Numbered from the stretch's first letter, positions 35,131 to 50,200 are shown. The stretch: 64,000 bases of DNA from Octopus bimaculoides (GCF_001194135.2 NC_068982.1:91383681-91447680), one strand, 5' to 3'. Numbers and translations: made by a program. Notes: generated by a model not told the origin, from the sequence alone.

Positions 35131-38100
35131 TATATATATAGTAAAAGCTACAGAATGACTCAAAGTCTGATAGTTTCATGTGTTGGCACTTATCAAACTA
35201 ACTAGTTGATCAATGCCAATGCATGAAACTCTCAGACCTTGAGTCACTCTATTGTTTCTACTAAATATTACTAAAAATATACATATACTCATATTTTGAA
35301 TTCTATTTTTCCTGTTTGCACCAACATACCTACATATATATAAGTTTGTAGTGCAATATATGGCTTTATAGAATCCAGTGGTAATCACAAAAAAGTTCCT
35401 CTGGTGGACATGGCTACATGCCACATAGTGATCCAATACAGAGGTGTGTAGAGTCCTATGTAGCTGAAATCCAGTAGATTCAATCTATGAAATTATTCCA
35501 TTAGGAGTGTATACAGGTGGTATGAGAGATGAATATATTTCACCAGTTGATAACCTTAGGATGATGGCCATTTCACAGCCTCTATCATGGTATAATAATT
35601 CCTATTTAAGTGTGTAATAATTATTCTCCATGTCTGCACTTGTATGCATGTTATAAATTGCATAGTACTTGTGTACATTTAAAATTCAGATATAGAATTG
35701 CTGCTCTTCAGATCAACAGAATATTCTGGTTACATCAACTCTCATCAATTGGTGAAATAAATATATTCATCTCTCCTACCCACTGACTTTTTTTTATTTT
35801 ACACACACACACACACACACAGAGTTCCTTATAAATTTTGTAATAAGGCAAAAACTAATAACTATGGTTTTTCATTACATTACATACTTATGAACATGTT
35901 CAATTCATTTCCATGTAGTGGATGTTAATAATAATCCTTTGTACTATAAGCACAAGGCCTGAAACTCTGTAGGAAGGGAGCTAGTTGATTGCATTGACCC
36001 CAGTGCTTGACTGGTACTTATTTCATCAACCCTGAAATGATGAAAGGTAAAGTCAACCTTGGTGGGATTTGAACTCAGAATGTAAGAACAGACGAAATGG
36101 TGCTAAGCATTTTTGCCTGGTGTGCTAATGATTCTGCCAGCTAGCTGCCTTGCTAATCATCATCATCATCATCATCATCGTTTAACGTCCGCTTTCCATG
36201 CTAGCATGGGTTGGACGATTTGACTGAGGACTGGTGAAACCGGATGGCAACACCAGGCTCCAGTCTAATTTGGCAGAGTTTCTACAGCTGGATGCCCTTC
36301 CTAACGCCAACCACTCAGAGAGTGTAGTGGGTGCTTTTACGTGTCACCCGCACNNNNNNNNNNNNNNNNNNNNNNNNNNNNNNNNNNNNNNNNNNNNNNN
36401 NNNNNNNNNNNNNNNNNNNNNNNNNNNNNNNNNNNNNNNNNNNNNNNNNNNNNNNNNNNNNNNNNNNNNNNNNNNNNNNNNNAAGCCAGTCCAGGGGCAC
36501 TGGCAACGATCTCGCTCGAAAATCCTACGGGAGCCAGTCAGGCGGTACTGGCAACGGCCACGCTCAAAATGGTGCATCTCATGTGCCACCCGCACAAGAA
36601 CCAGTCCAGGGGCACTGGCAACGATCTTACTTGGCTTGCCGGGTCTTCTCACGCACAACACATTTCCAAAGGTCTCGGTCAGTAGTCATCGCCTCGGTGA
36701 GGCCCAATGTACGAAGGTCTTGCCTCACCACCTCAGCCCAGGTCTTCCTGGGCCTACCTCTTCCACGGGTTCCTTCAACTGTTAGGGTGTGGCACTTTTC
36801 CACGCAGCTATCCTCATCCATTCTCACCACATGTCCATAATAATTATTATTATAATTATAACTGATTTTTTTGTTACTACAAGAGCAATAGATGAGGGAA
36901 CATTGCAAGGGCAGTTTATAAAAAGTGGAGGGTGTTACACTAAAATCAGATGAAAGAGTGGTATATACAGTTTACAAATGGATGATTGAGTCTTTTGAAA
37001 GGACAATTGTTACCTTGGGTTTATGAAGAGACACTAACAGACTAATGGAAGCAATGTACATTTGCTACCTCTGCCTAACTATACTGTGGTAGCATCTTCT
37101 CATTTCATTTTTGATTGAAAATGGCAAACACGCCAGTCACCTAATCTTAGTTCCTATCCACAAAGGGTAGAGGAAAATTAAACTGAAACCCTAAAAGTCT
37201 GGCATGCCATGATGCTAACCAGCAGCTATATTTATGTTCAGGTATTGAAGAGCAAATGCATCAGCTTGTCAGACTAATTTTTACTTGTGTCAATGCTTTG
37301 TCTACCTTTAGAACTGTGTCAATTACCTCTGCACTACTATGGTAACATCATGCACATATGCTGATGCAGATTTCTCTGCCATTATCAGTTTCTACAGCAG
37401 TGACTTGAGAATCAGTACATATAGAAAAGATGAGAAATGACAGACATAGAGTTTAATAAAGTCACTTAACCGTGTGTGTGTGTGTGTGTGTGTGCGCTTA
37501 AAAGTGTAAACTGATATGTTAAATTGTATCCTTTTTTCTCAAAAACATCTCAGATATTCAATAAAGATCAATAAGATAAATACAAGAGTGAAATAAGTGC
37601 TGGAAATGACATAATCAATTAAATCTCTTGAGGGTGATGTCCCAGCAAAGACACAATCCTTTGACTATGTTTTCATTTCTTTCCATTTGGTTTGCTTGGT
37701 ACTACTTTACCCAGCTATCAACCTCCATACATATCGTATGTTCATATCAGTGTAGTCACTGCTCTTGCACATTACATATGACTCCTCTTCAGGTTAATAA
37801 ATGCTACTAACTCAAACTGTATTTCATCTAAGCTAATTCTCATCTTAACTATATTATAACTTGTTCCTCTCATAACCAAATCCATCAATTTAGATATCCT
37901 TGTAGTTGCTGTTTTCTAAAGCCGTTCCTTTGCCCTTGTTGCAGTTCACAAGGATACTGTTTTGCTATTCAATGAATATAACACTTCTCTGTGTTACCAG
38001 TTATCACATCTTGTATAATATGTAATTTGATAGAGTAATTCCAATATCTTGCCATTTTTTTCTTTTTTACCTTAACTGTAACCACTCTTTTTAAGGGTCA

Positions 38101-41100
38101 TTGTTTTTTCAACCTCTGTTTTCTTGATATTTATAGCCCTTCTGTTAAGATTATTTCCACTGTTCTCAATCATTATATTATTTCTTGTCAAACTGGATAA
38201 ATTACTGCAAAAATTATGTGGATGAAAAGTTGACAGCTTTACAATTTCTCATTTAATATAATGCTGAGTCTTAAAAGGCATTTCACCTGTCCTTACATTC
38301 TGAGCTCAAATTCTGCCAAGATCAACTTAGCCTTTTGTCCTTTTGGGTCAATAAAATAAGTACCAGTTGAGCACTGGGGTTGATGTAACTGACTTAGCCC
38401 TTCCTCCAAAATTACTGGCTTTGTGCCAAAATTTGAAGCCAATATGATGCCAAGTCTCTGTTGAAATATTAGCAATACCTGATTTCAGATATTCATCTGG
38501 TTGCATGTTTCTGAACAGTTTCCAGGAGATTGATTGTATCCTCCCCACAAAAGTCTGGTTTTGTGCTGAAGTTAGAAATCATTGTTATTAACACTGATGT
38601 CACTAAAATTTTAGTTGAATTGGCTTGTATTGCATTGCTATATTTCTTACTAATAAGCGATTAGTTTTCTTCAACCAGCTTCAATGCTCTCAATGATAAA
38701 ATTCTTGTTAAAAGGAACCAGCAAAAGGGAAATGCATTTGACTAAATGATAATACATCTATTCTTACTTGTCATGGAGATTTGGTTCTGAAAAAAAAACA
38801 AAAAAACACAGTGATAAATGAATTAGTGATAAATGAATCATCTCTATACACTTTGCAATTGGCAAAAAATGGCAGATTAATTGATATCAAATGTGAGGTC
38901 CACACTTCAACCATCATGGTTTTATTGATCACCTCCACCATTTCATGTAGATGTACTCATCTGCCTCGTTTCTTAGAAGAATCAGGCATGTTGATATTCT
39001 TTCTTTTCACTGAATCCATGTTGATGGGTTCGAGTATGTTAATCCAAATAAAACATTGACTTGCATGGTGGTGTAAACACAAGTGCATGCAGTGTAGCTG
39101 AGAATTGTGGGTGGTTGCTGGAGTGCATTTTTGTTGTACAAGCAGAATCTTTAACTGATTGCTGACTTATGTTATCGCAGATCAATGGGTGATAAGCGTA
39201 ACATGGTTCACAATTGAGCTCACTATGATATCCTGGATCAGTGATGACTGAATCACTGATAAATAAGGTTACATCCATATATTTTCAAAAGTACTATTTG
39301 GATTAGCTATTTTAAGCAAAGCATTCTTTTTTTTTTTTTCTAATGCTATAATGTGAAACCACTGTAACTATTAAAATCTCTATATCAATTTCTATTTCTA
39401 TTCAGACTACCAGAATAGATGATCACAATAAAAAAAGAGTATTAGTACTTGGTGTTGAAAAAGCTGGAAAGACAACATTTATCTCAGCCATGAGTAATCA
39501 ACAGAGCTCAGAAAAATATGTTCCAACACAAGGGTTTTCTGTTGTGACAACTTCAGTTGGAGAAAAAGCTCTCAATTTTTGGGAAGGTAATTTTCAAAAC
39601 TATTTTTGATGCTGTATTTTCTATATTTTGTTTATATTGCTGTTATTTGTTCTAAAACTAAATAAGTAGGTGCAGGAATGGTTCTGTGTGGTTCCCAAAC
39701 ACATATTTCCAGGTTCAATTCTGCTTAGCGAAAGTGTTTTCTACTATAGCCCTGGGGTGACCAAAAACTTGTGAATAGGTTTGGTGGATGGAAACTTAAA
39801 GAAGTCCATCAATATATGTGTGTTTGTGTGTGTCTCCTTGCTTTGACATTATGCAATAGTTGTAAAAAAGTGTTTCCATCATATAAGTGATATTCTTCAT
39901 TTCTAATCTTACATGTAAACATGACTGGCCATGTACAAAAAATACTTTGCATGGAAACAGATGAGGATTGATGATAGGAAGAGTATCTGACCATAGAAAG
40001 TTTGTCTCGATGAATTCCATCTGACCCATGTAAGAATAGAATAGTGGGCAATGATGCCAGCGGTGGTGGTGACAAAGATAATAATGACTCTATAAATCTA
40101 CTTCTCCTGTGTAGAAAATAATACCATGGTTACTAAAATATAATTGTTTGTAATTCACATCATCATCACCATCATTTAACATTCGTTTTCCATGCTTTGA
40201 CTGAAAACTGGTTCCAGTCTGATTTGGCAAGATTTCTACAGCTGGATGCCCTTCTTAATGCCAACCACTCCAAGAATGTAGTGGGTGCTTTTTATGTACT
40301 ACCAGCACATGTACCAGTTATGAAACACCAGCATTGGCCCAGGTCTTCTCAAGCATAGTATATTGCCAAAGGTCTCAGTCACTTGTAGGTCTCAGATAAA
40401 TTATGAAATAAAGTTTTGAGCTCAAGTCTTGTAATACTAGAGCCTCATTAACCCTTTGAACACCAGATACCCGTTGTCCTCGGCATTCTCACCCCAGGTT
40501 CCCTGGGTAAAAGAGCCAAAAAAAGGATTTCTCACCTAATATTGTTTCAGTGTCACTAAAATGTGTTTTCTGTCTTTCATATTGAAATGAAATGCTAAAT
40601 AGAGGGCATCATTGTCCTTACCACTTGTTTTTTCTGCTTTATCTCCAATACTGGTGCTTGTGGTGCCAGTCGAACCAGCAGTTTCTGTCTGGCTTTCCAG
40701 TGCAGAGGAATTCCTCATAATATTTGCATCTGTAAACAGTCTTATAGTGTTTGGGTAAGTCTTTGTCCTTAGCTTGGGGGTTCATCTGTTTTGCCCTCAG
40801 GTATTTTTTCCTGCATATCCTGCAACGATTGTTGCTGGATGCTGTTTTCGCCTTTTCCACATCATGCTGTGCATCACATAACAGACTCTTTTCATCATCC
40901 TGCTCAGCTGAGTGTCATCTGCCAAAGTTGGTTTTCTTGTTTCTGACATTGCCAACAAGTTTGTGGCAGAGTTTATCTAGAAGGAAGTGAAACGTGTACA
41001 CTCTCTTTCCTGTGGGGTGATGTGGTTTGAAGAAACCCATCAACACATATGTGTTGTAGGCAGCCCATGTAAGAAACTTTACCATCAGGCATCGAGGCCA

Positions 41101-44100
41101 CTTGTATTGACAGCAACACTTTTGAAGTAAAGTCATTTGGTTGTTCTTGTCTGTTCCACCCATGTGAGCATTATATTCTTTCACTGCCTTAGGACAAGGG
41201 ACAGGGACCATTCTGTGTTCATTTGCATCATATTGCTGTATATGTTCTTGTGGGGGTGATATAAAGAGTGATGTGATGAAATAAATTGGTCTTTTGTCTT
41301 TCCAAACAAAGCTAGCCACATTTCCGATGAACAAAAATTCTGAATCCCCCCCCCCCTTTCCATCTCATTATTTCTTTTTATGAGTGTCATTGGGAATTCT
41401 CTTCTGTTTGTCATGGCAGTATCACACATTTAAATATATTTGTTGACAAGAAGATATTCCACGAGTTGTATAGATATGTAAAATTTGTTGTGTAGAGTGC
41501 ATAGTTTTGTCCAGTATATTCATTTGTCATTCTCACAACTAAGTTTCTTGTGACACCAGGTTTGTTAATCTCATTTGCATCATCTCTCCATCATCATCAT
41601 CAGGCTCCAATCTGATATGGCAATGTTTCTGCAGCTGGATGCCCTTCCTAACGCCAACCACTCCGAGAGTGTAGTGGGTGCTTTGTATGTGCCACTGGCA
41701 TGAAAGCCAGTTGGTGGGTACTGGCATTGGCCACGTTTGGATGGTGCTTTTTACATGCCACTGGCATGGGAGCCAGTCAGGGGGCACTGGCCACAGCTCC
41801 GGTATTGGTTTTACTTGACTCAACAGGTCTTCTCAAGCATATCATATCATCCGATGCATTATGGGTACTCTTAACTGAGTCGGACATGCATGACTGCAAT
41901 CTGGCATGTGATAAAATCTGTTTTCTGTACATCTTCAGTATTTATTGCCCCAGTGCATCTGTCACACACAAAAACTATCTTCCCAGTTAACCTTCCTTTG
42001 ATATTGCTGCACCTTTTATGTGTCCATAGCTTACACCAGGTACATTGTATGCAGTTTCTACCCATGCCTTTTCTATAGATCGAGCAGGGCCATCTACCTG
42101 AATGGGTTTGTGATTTGATAGCCTACCTACTTACTAAGACTTTGGTTTTTGCTAGGTTAACCCTAAGGCCCTTCAATTCTAGACCTTGCTTCCACACCCT
42201 GAACTTCGTCTCTAGTTCTGACAGTGACTCAGCTATTAGAGCAAGGCCATCAGCATAGAGGAACTCCCAGCCTGTCTTGAATTCATCTGTTATTGCTTGG
42301 AGGACTATAATGAATAAGAGGGGGTTGAGGACTGATCCTAGGTGAACCCCTACTTCTACTTGAATTCTTCACTATACTCGTTGCCAACCCTCACCTTATT
42401 GACAGCATCCTTGTACAAGGCTTGTACAGCTCTTACCAACCACTCATCCATTGACCACCAGATAAGGGACCGGGGGACCCTGTCAAAAGCTTTCTCCAAG
42501 TCAACAAAAGCCAAGTACAGTTGCCTTACCAGAAATATAGCATCAGTGGTGCTTCTGCCTCGCACAAAACCAAATTGCATCTCATCTAGGCTAACTCTTT
42601 TCCTAATTAGTTGGGCTATGACCCTCTCTGTGATTTTCATCACCTGATCCAATAATTTGATACCCCTGTAGTTGTTTCTATCTAAAGCATCACCCTTCCT
42701 CTTGTAGCAGTGGTGCTGCTATACCAGTCATTGGGTATGACTCCTTCATGAACTACCTGATTTACGATGCAGTTGACAAGACCATAACCCACACCGCCTG
42801 ATATTTTAAGCATCTCAGCGGTGATTCTTGATGGGCCCGGTGCTTTCTCTGTCTTCATATCCTTAATTGCTTTATCTACCAGGGTACTGTCGATTCGGGT
42901 AGCCGGTCCTTCTAGCTTCCTAAAGTTGGTGTTGCAGATCAATAAGTTATTTGCATTGCAGAACTCCAGAAGCCTAGTTCCCTCTTCATTTCTGGTACCA
43001 ACTCCATGGCCCCCATGTACAAATGGGCAAGCGGCACNNNNNNNNNNNNNNNNNNNNNNNNNNNNNNNNNNNNNNNNNNNNNNNNNNNNNNNNNNNNNNN
43101 NNNNNNNNNNNNNNNNNNNNNNNNNNNNNNNNNNNNNNNNNNNNNNNNNNNNNNNNNNNNNNNNNNNNNNNNNNNNNNNNNNNNNNNNNNNNNNNNNNNN
43201 NNNNNNNNNNNNNNNNNNNNNNNNNNNNNNNNNNNNNNNNNNNNNNNNNNNNNNNNNNNNNNNNNNNNNNNNNNNNNNNNNNNNNNNNNNNNNNNNNNNN
43301 NNNNNNNNNNNNNNNNNNNNNNNNNNNNNNNNNNNNNNNNNNNNNNNNNNNNNNNNNNNNNNNNNNNNNNNNNNNNNNNNNNNNNNNNNNNNNNNNNNNN
43401 NNNNNNNNNNNNNNNNNNNNNNNNNNNNNNNNNNNNNNNNNNNNNNNNNNNNNNNNNNNNNNNNNNNNNNNNNNNNNNNNNNNNNNNNNNNNNNNNNNNN
43501 NNNNNNNNNNNNNNNNNNNNNNNNNNNNNNNNNNNNNNNNNNNNNNNNNNNNNNNNNNNNNNNNNNNNNNNNNNNNNNNNNNNNNNNNNNNNNNNNNNNN
43601 NNNNNNNNNNNNNNNNNNNNNNNNNNNNNNNNNNNNNNNNNNNNNNNNNNNNNNNNNNNNNNNNNNNNNNNNNNNNNNNNNNNNNNNNNNNNNNNNNNNN
43701 NNNNNNNNNNNNNNNNNNNNNNNNNNNNNNNNNNNNNNNNNNNNNNNNNNNNNNNNNNNNNNNNNNNNNNNNNNNNNNNNNNNNNNNNNNNNNNNNGCCT
43801 GCATTGCTTCTATCTTTGTACTGCCCTTGTGACAAATTTTATGAAATAAAGAAGCTTGTTTCACAGCCACATGGTTCTGGGTTCGGTCCCACTGTGTGGC
43901 ACCTTGGGCAAGTGTCTTCTATTATACCCTTGGGCCAAATAAAGTTGATTTGGTAGACAGAAACTGAAAGACAGAAACTGTATATATATATGTGTGATTT
44001 GGAAGATAGAAAGTGTGGAAGAACCATTTTAACGATGCGTACTGCCTTAATTCTTTGAAACGCCGGAGTTTTAATGGTGGCAGCTGATGAAGGGGATGTT

Positions 44101-44250
44101 TCTATGTGGCCTGCTTGTTTGTTGCACCTTGTTTACCATTTTGTCCTTGTTCTTTTGCCACGTCATGTACCCAGTTATGTATCTATATGTACATGTAGAT
44201 GAACGTATATACATACATGTACATATATATGCATATACTCATATATTGTT

Positions 44251-44285
<35 letters not shown>

Positions 44286-47200
44286 TTGTCTCCCACCACT
44301 GCTTGACAACTGATGCTGGTGTATTTACATTCCTGTAACTTAGCATTTCAGCAAAAAGGACTGATAGAATAAATACCAGGGTTAAAAGAATATGTACTGG
44401 TGTTGATTCATGTAACTAAAAATTCTCCAAGGTGGTACCCTAGCATGGTTGCAGTCTAATGACTGAAACAAGTGAAAAATAAAAGATATCATTCCATTCA
44501 TGAAAACTTGGATAGCTTTGTGGTTCATTGAGTTCTTAGAGCTTTGTGGGTTTTTTTGTGTTTTTTTTTCTCTAGGATTCATAAGGCCATTTGCTTAGTT
44601 TCCACGGCATATAAGTGACCAAAATTACAACAGTCTCCACTGAATGGGATTCTAGACTGTTGCACAGATCAAGGCCAGCAATTTTGATGGGAAGGGTAAT
44701 TCAATTACATTGGCCCCAGAACTTAATAAGTACTTTGTATTGACCTCCCAAAAGTGAGGAAAGCAAAGTTGACCTCAGCAGTATTTGAACTCAAATAGTA
44801 AAGAGCTGGAAGAAATGCACCAAGTATTTTGTCCAGTGTGCTAATGATTCTGCTCACAACCTTTCTTTGGTTTAATAAGTTATTAATTAGACAAAAAGTT
44901 TTGAACAATCAGAGTTTATCTTGATGTGCAACAGAATCTGTTACCTGTCTTTACTGCTATGTTAATGAAAAGAAAAAAGTCATTATAAAAGTTATGAACT
45001 GAAAGCCAGTTATTAGTTTTCACTTCTAACAATTAGCCCAACCCATAACCATCAGAATATAATAGGATGCTCCTTCAGGCATAGAGTATGGTCAAGACAG
45101 ACCTTGTTCTAAATTCTTTTCTACCAAAGTTAAGTAAAACTTTCCTTGTTCTACAGTTTATATTAGTGATTGTTTAGCCTCAGGTAAATCCTAATCAAAC
45201 AGGTCTATGATCAAAAGCAATGAGCATTCTGTTCTTATATAAAATGGTAGGAGAGTGTAACTTGAGAAAGATTTTATTGCTATTTCTAGCAGTTAGAGCG
45301 GCCACATAGAGGCTCCTTCATTGGCTCATGTATATCCTAACAGATATAGTGTATTGAAGTAAAGGTTGAATATTGACTAGAGAAACAGATAAATAGAAGA
45401 AACCATAAGTGTATAACTGAGGCTTTACTCTTTTAACACATAATTCTAAAAGTATTTTATATTCTTATAGGAGTGGCTGTGTGGTAAGTAGCTTGCTTAC
45501 CAACCACATGTTTCTGGGTTCAGTCCCACTGCGTGGCACATTGGGCAAGTGTCTTCTACTATAGCATCGGGCTGACCAAAGTCTTGTGAGTGGATTTGGT
45601 AGACGGAAACTGAAAGAAGCTCGTCATATATCATCATCATCGTTTAACGTCCGCTTTCCATGCTAGCATGGGTTGGACAATTTGACTGAGGACTGGTGAA
45701 CCAAATGGCTACACCAGGCTCCAATCTGATTTGGCAGAGTTTCTACAGCTGGATGCCCTTCCTAACGCCAACCNNNNNNNNNNATGCCACCTGCACAGGA
45801 ACCAGTCTAGCGGCACTGGCAACAACCTCGCTCAAATGTCTTTTCACGTACCACTGGCACAAGTACCAGGAAAGCTGGTAATGATCACACCCGATGGTGT
45901 TATTTACATGCCACTGGCACGGAAGCCAGACAGCTGCTCTGGCAATGATCACGCTTGGACGGTGCTCTGAGCGCTCCACTGGTACAGGTGCCATCACGAT
46001 TTCGCTTTCACTTGCCCCAACAGGTATTTGCAAGCCGAGTTTAGTGTCCATTGAAGGAGACGTTGGCATGGGTGCCAGTCGTCGAATTTAGTCTTCTCAC
46101 GCACAGCATATTTTCAAAGGTCCCTGTCAGAAGTCATTGCTTCACCACCTCATCCCAGGTCTTCCTGGGTCTACGATACCCTCAGCCTTCTTGACAATTA
46201 TAGAGATGTGATTTGTCTGGTGGTTGGACACTTTAAAGTGTAACTCTTATTTTTGAGTTACACTCATAAAAGTTATATTGTGAGTGGAAAAATATGATAG
46301 TATATTCTTACCAGACCAAGTAGATGATCAAAATTCAATTTCAAATTGAAACAATTTTCCTTGACATGCATTACTAATAACTTTGGAAAATGCAGTAATG
46401 TCACAAAAGTTCCTTAAATATTTTTGCCTAAAATTCTTTAAAATCCTGTCTACAGAAGAAAACAGGAGTTACTGAGATCTTTTGCATTAAATATTGATTT
46501 CAAATTTTGGGGTCAATAAAGCAATTACCAGTTGAACACTGGAGTCAATATAATTGACTTACCCTCTCCCCTGAAACTGCTGGCCTGGTGCCAGAATGTG
46601 AAGACTGACAAAATATCACAAAGCATTTTGCCCAGTGTGCTAACAATTCTGCCAGCTCGCCACCTTCATTTTTTTTTGCATCAAATTTTATGTTTGTAGT
46701 TTGCTTCATATGCCTTTACTTCATTGAAAGTTTTCACATGATTAAAGTTGATTGTGTGAAGCCAACCCTGTATATTATTAGCATTAAAAATGACCTAACT
46801 ACACCTATATCTGACTTATTTTCAGTTGGTGGTGCACCAAACCTTCGACCACACTGGGGCCGTTACATTGATGGAACAAATCTTTTGCTTTATGTTATTG
46901 ATTCAACTGATGCTAAACTTGTAGACCTTGCTAAAGATGAGCTGACTAAACTTGTCAAAGCCAACCAGTATTTAGATACTATTCCATGGTTAATTATTGC
47001 CAGTAAACAGGTAAGTTAAAATTTTAAATAATTTAATTTTCTGAAAGATTTTTTCTACTATTTTACCTCCTTGCAGCCTACAATAATAGATATTGAGCAA
47101 ACTGACCCAACAACAAAGTCTTTACCTGTTAGAGTTAACAAATTTCACTCAGAAATCACACCCTTCAACTTTATGAAAAGGACACATTGGATAATGTATT

Positions 47201-50200
47201 CTTCTTTTAATTTTTTTAATGCTTTAATCAGAGGAGGAAGGATAGTACTCAAGACATAAAGGACTCTAAGACTGGTGGGAGGAAGGGTAAAAGTTATCCC
47301 CAAACTGGAAGATTGGCCCAGATTCTTGCAACAGTGAACTACACTTAAGGCACCAAAGGTTAGGTGGTCATGTGAAACTGGGCAACGGATTTCATCATTC
47401 CACCTGCACAACCTATTTCATCATTTCACCAATACTAGAGAAACTCTCTTTTAGAACTAAAGTGTCCCCTCCATACAATCAAATTTTATTCAGGGTTACT
47501 GCTTTGAACATTAAATGATGATGATGATGATGCCTTCATGCAGATTGCAGTGTCCACATCTCTTCCATGCAGTTAGAAAAGAGTCTTTTTCATCAACCTT
47601 TGATTTATTCAGTTTACTCAGTGTTTAAGATAATCACCTTTGCTCTGGCTGTGAAGCTGCATCTCTCCATAATTTTTGGAATTTCTCTGGCAGCCTTCAT
47701 GGTCTAAAGCAGATAGGCAGGATGTCTCTAATATGATGGCAGGAGGTGTCTTTCTGGCATTATGTAGGAGGTGAGGTTTAGGTACCAAGCCGTTTATCCT
47801 TATGGGATTACTATGGCAGTGGAGGTACATCTTTCCATAATGATGCTAAGAATACTTCACATTACCTTCCCATTGTTTTTGAAGAATGTAAGACATTATA
47901 CAGTGTGTCATTGTTTTTCCCGAAGTGGCTGGGTATGATCTGAAGGAGCTGTTATTTCTAGTAGGTCAAGCACAACTCCTGTAGTTTGTACCATTATCTA
48001 TATATATAAAAATGAGAATGTGTGTCTGTCTGTCTGTCTGTCTGTGTGAATCCCTAAAACTCGAGAACTACGCAACCAATTTCATTCAAATTTTACACAT
48101 GCCTTACTTAGGGTTCCAGTTGTGTTTTAGTCAAAAAAAATGATTAACTTCTTGCAGAGTTCGAGCACACGGCAACATAATATCTCCTCCACTATTTAAG
48201 TATTACGTGTCAAAAGTGAAACAAAAACACTCATGTCAAATACTTTCACTTTAAAAATGAAATTATTCCACTAACTGAAACAATCACATTTCGATACTGT
48301 AGTGACAGATACTTTCACAGAGAGAGAAAGAGAGAAAGAGAGAGACAGAAAGAGAGAGAGANNNNNNNNNNNNNNNNNNNNNNNNNNNNNNNNNNNNNNN
48401 NNNNNNNNNNNNNNNNNNNNNNNNNNNNNNNNNNNNNNNNNNNNNNNNNNNNNNNNNNNNNNNNNNNNNNNNNNNNNNNNNNNNNNNNNNNNNNNNNNNN
48501 NNNNNNNNNNNNNNNNNNNNNNNNNNNNNNNNNNNNNNNNNNNNNNNNNNNNNNNNNNNNNNNNNNNNNNNNNNNNNNNNNNNNNNNNNNNNNNNNNNNN
48601 NNNNNNNNNNNNNNNNNNNNNNNNNNNNNNNNNNNNNNNNNNNNNNNNNNNNNNNNNNNNNNNNNNNNNNNNNNNNNNNNNNNNNNNNNNNNNNNNNNNN
48701 NNNNNNNNNNNNNNNNNNNNNNNNNNNNNNNNNNNNNNNNNNNNNNNNNNNNNNNNNNNNNNNNNNNNNNNNNNNNNNNNNNNNNNNNNNNNNNNNNNNN
48801 NNNNNNNNNNNNNNNNNNNNNNNNNNNNNNNNNNNNNNNNNNNNNNNNNNNNNNNNNNNNNNNNNNNNNNNNNNNNNNNNNNNNNNNNNNNNNNNNNNNN
48901 NNNNNNNNNNNNNNNNNNNNNNNNNNNNNNNNNNNNNNNNNNNNNNNNNNNNNNNNNNNNNNNNNNNNNNNNNNNNNNNNNNNNNNNNNNNNNNNNNNNN
49001 NNNNNNNNNNNNNNNNNNNNNNNNNNNNNNNNNNNNNNNNNNNNNNNNNNNNNNNNNNNNNNNNNNNNNNNNNNNNNNNNNNNNNNNNNNNNNNNNNNNN
49101 CAGCAAGAAAGTATGTACATGATCACCTTCTTTTACGAAACTTCATTGACTTTCATATATTTATATTGATATACATATATATACGTGTGTTTGGTTGCGT
49201 GTGTGTATATACATCTCTATATATAAAGATGATGCGTAGTCTAGACGGCGTTTTTAGATTTCATTATTCTCTTTAACCCGGGCAACGCCGGGTATTTCTG
49301 CTAGTTAAACTATATTTACACATGTAACAGTTATGTTTTTAGTTGCAGTCGAGGGTCACCAATTGTAATGGTTGTTGTTAAGGTGTTGGTTGCCAGTATG
49401 CAAGATGGAAGAAGAATAGTGATCGAAGTTGTAACGAAATATTCATTTGCTGTTACTTTGTATATGTCCAAAACCATGACGTGTTGGTATGTATAACTAG
49501 TAAATGGAAACACATGCGAGGTAAAAAGAGTTAAATTCGGCCGGTATGTGTGTACACAAACTCAAAGTAATATATAGAGAGAGATATGGTAATGTCACAG
49601 AGAAAAGAAAGTGAGCTAGTGAATGTGAGAGTTGTGGGACGAAACAACTGCTTTGTTGGTGAGTTACCATAGTTGTCCCTTCGTGCCCTTTCCTTTAGAG
49701 ATGGAGTTTTCTTCAGCCGGTCAGCCAACTGACTTTGCCTTATGGAGTTCTTGTTTTTATAACTATCCAAAACCAGCCAGAAGGATAGACATATTGTTGA
49801 GAACAATAGATTTTGTTGGTGGTCTGTTATCTCTATTCTAGCTTTTGGTGGCCTAAAAGAGGTTAGAAGGGTCAAGTGGCAAAGACATTACTCTGCATAG
49901 CAAAGGCATCTGGCAAATGTAACTGCTGTCACTCACAGAAAAACTATTTTTCTACTATGAGAAAAGTGCTGTTGAACTGTTCAGTGAAATTTGGTGATTG
50001 AGGATCAAATCCACACCATGCCTGCGTGATCCACTACACATACATTCAAGAGTCACATTATCTCCCCCAACTAATAAATAACATTAATTATACCCAGTTA
50101 AATGAATTTCTAAATGTCTGGCTGTTTGCTATTTTTTCTTTCTTTTTTTTCTAAAAGGATTTGCTTGGCGCTATGAGTCCTGACGAAATCCGAGAATTGT

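Noticed and set aside
44051-44097. Permuted hammerhead-like motifs (ttctttGAAAcg...CTGATGAagggg)
   Set aside because: Both core halves are present, but I could not build a helix I in the required geometry; at most a decayed pLTR fragment.
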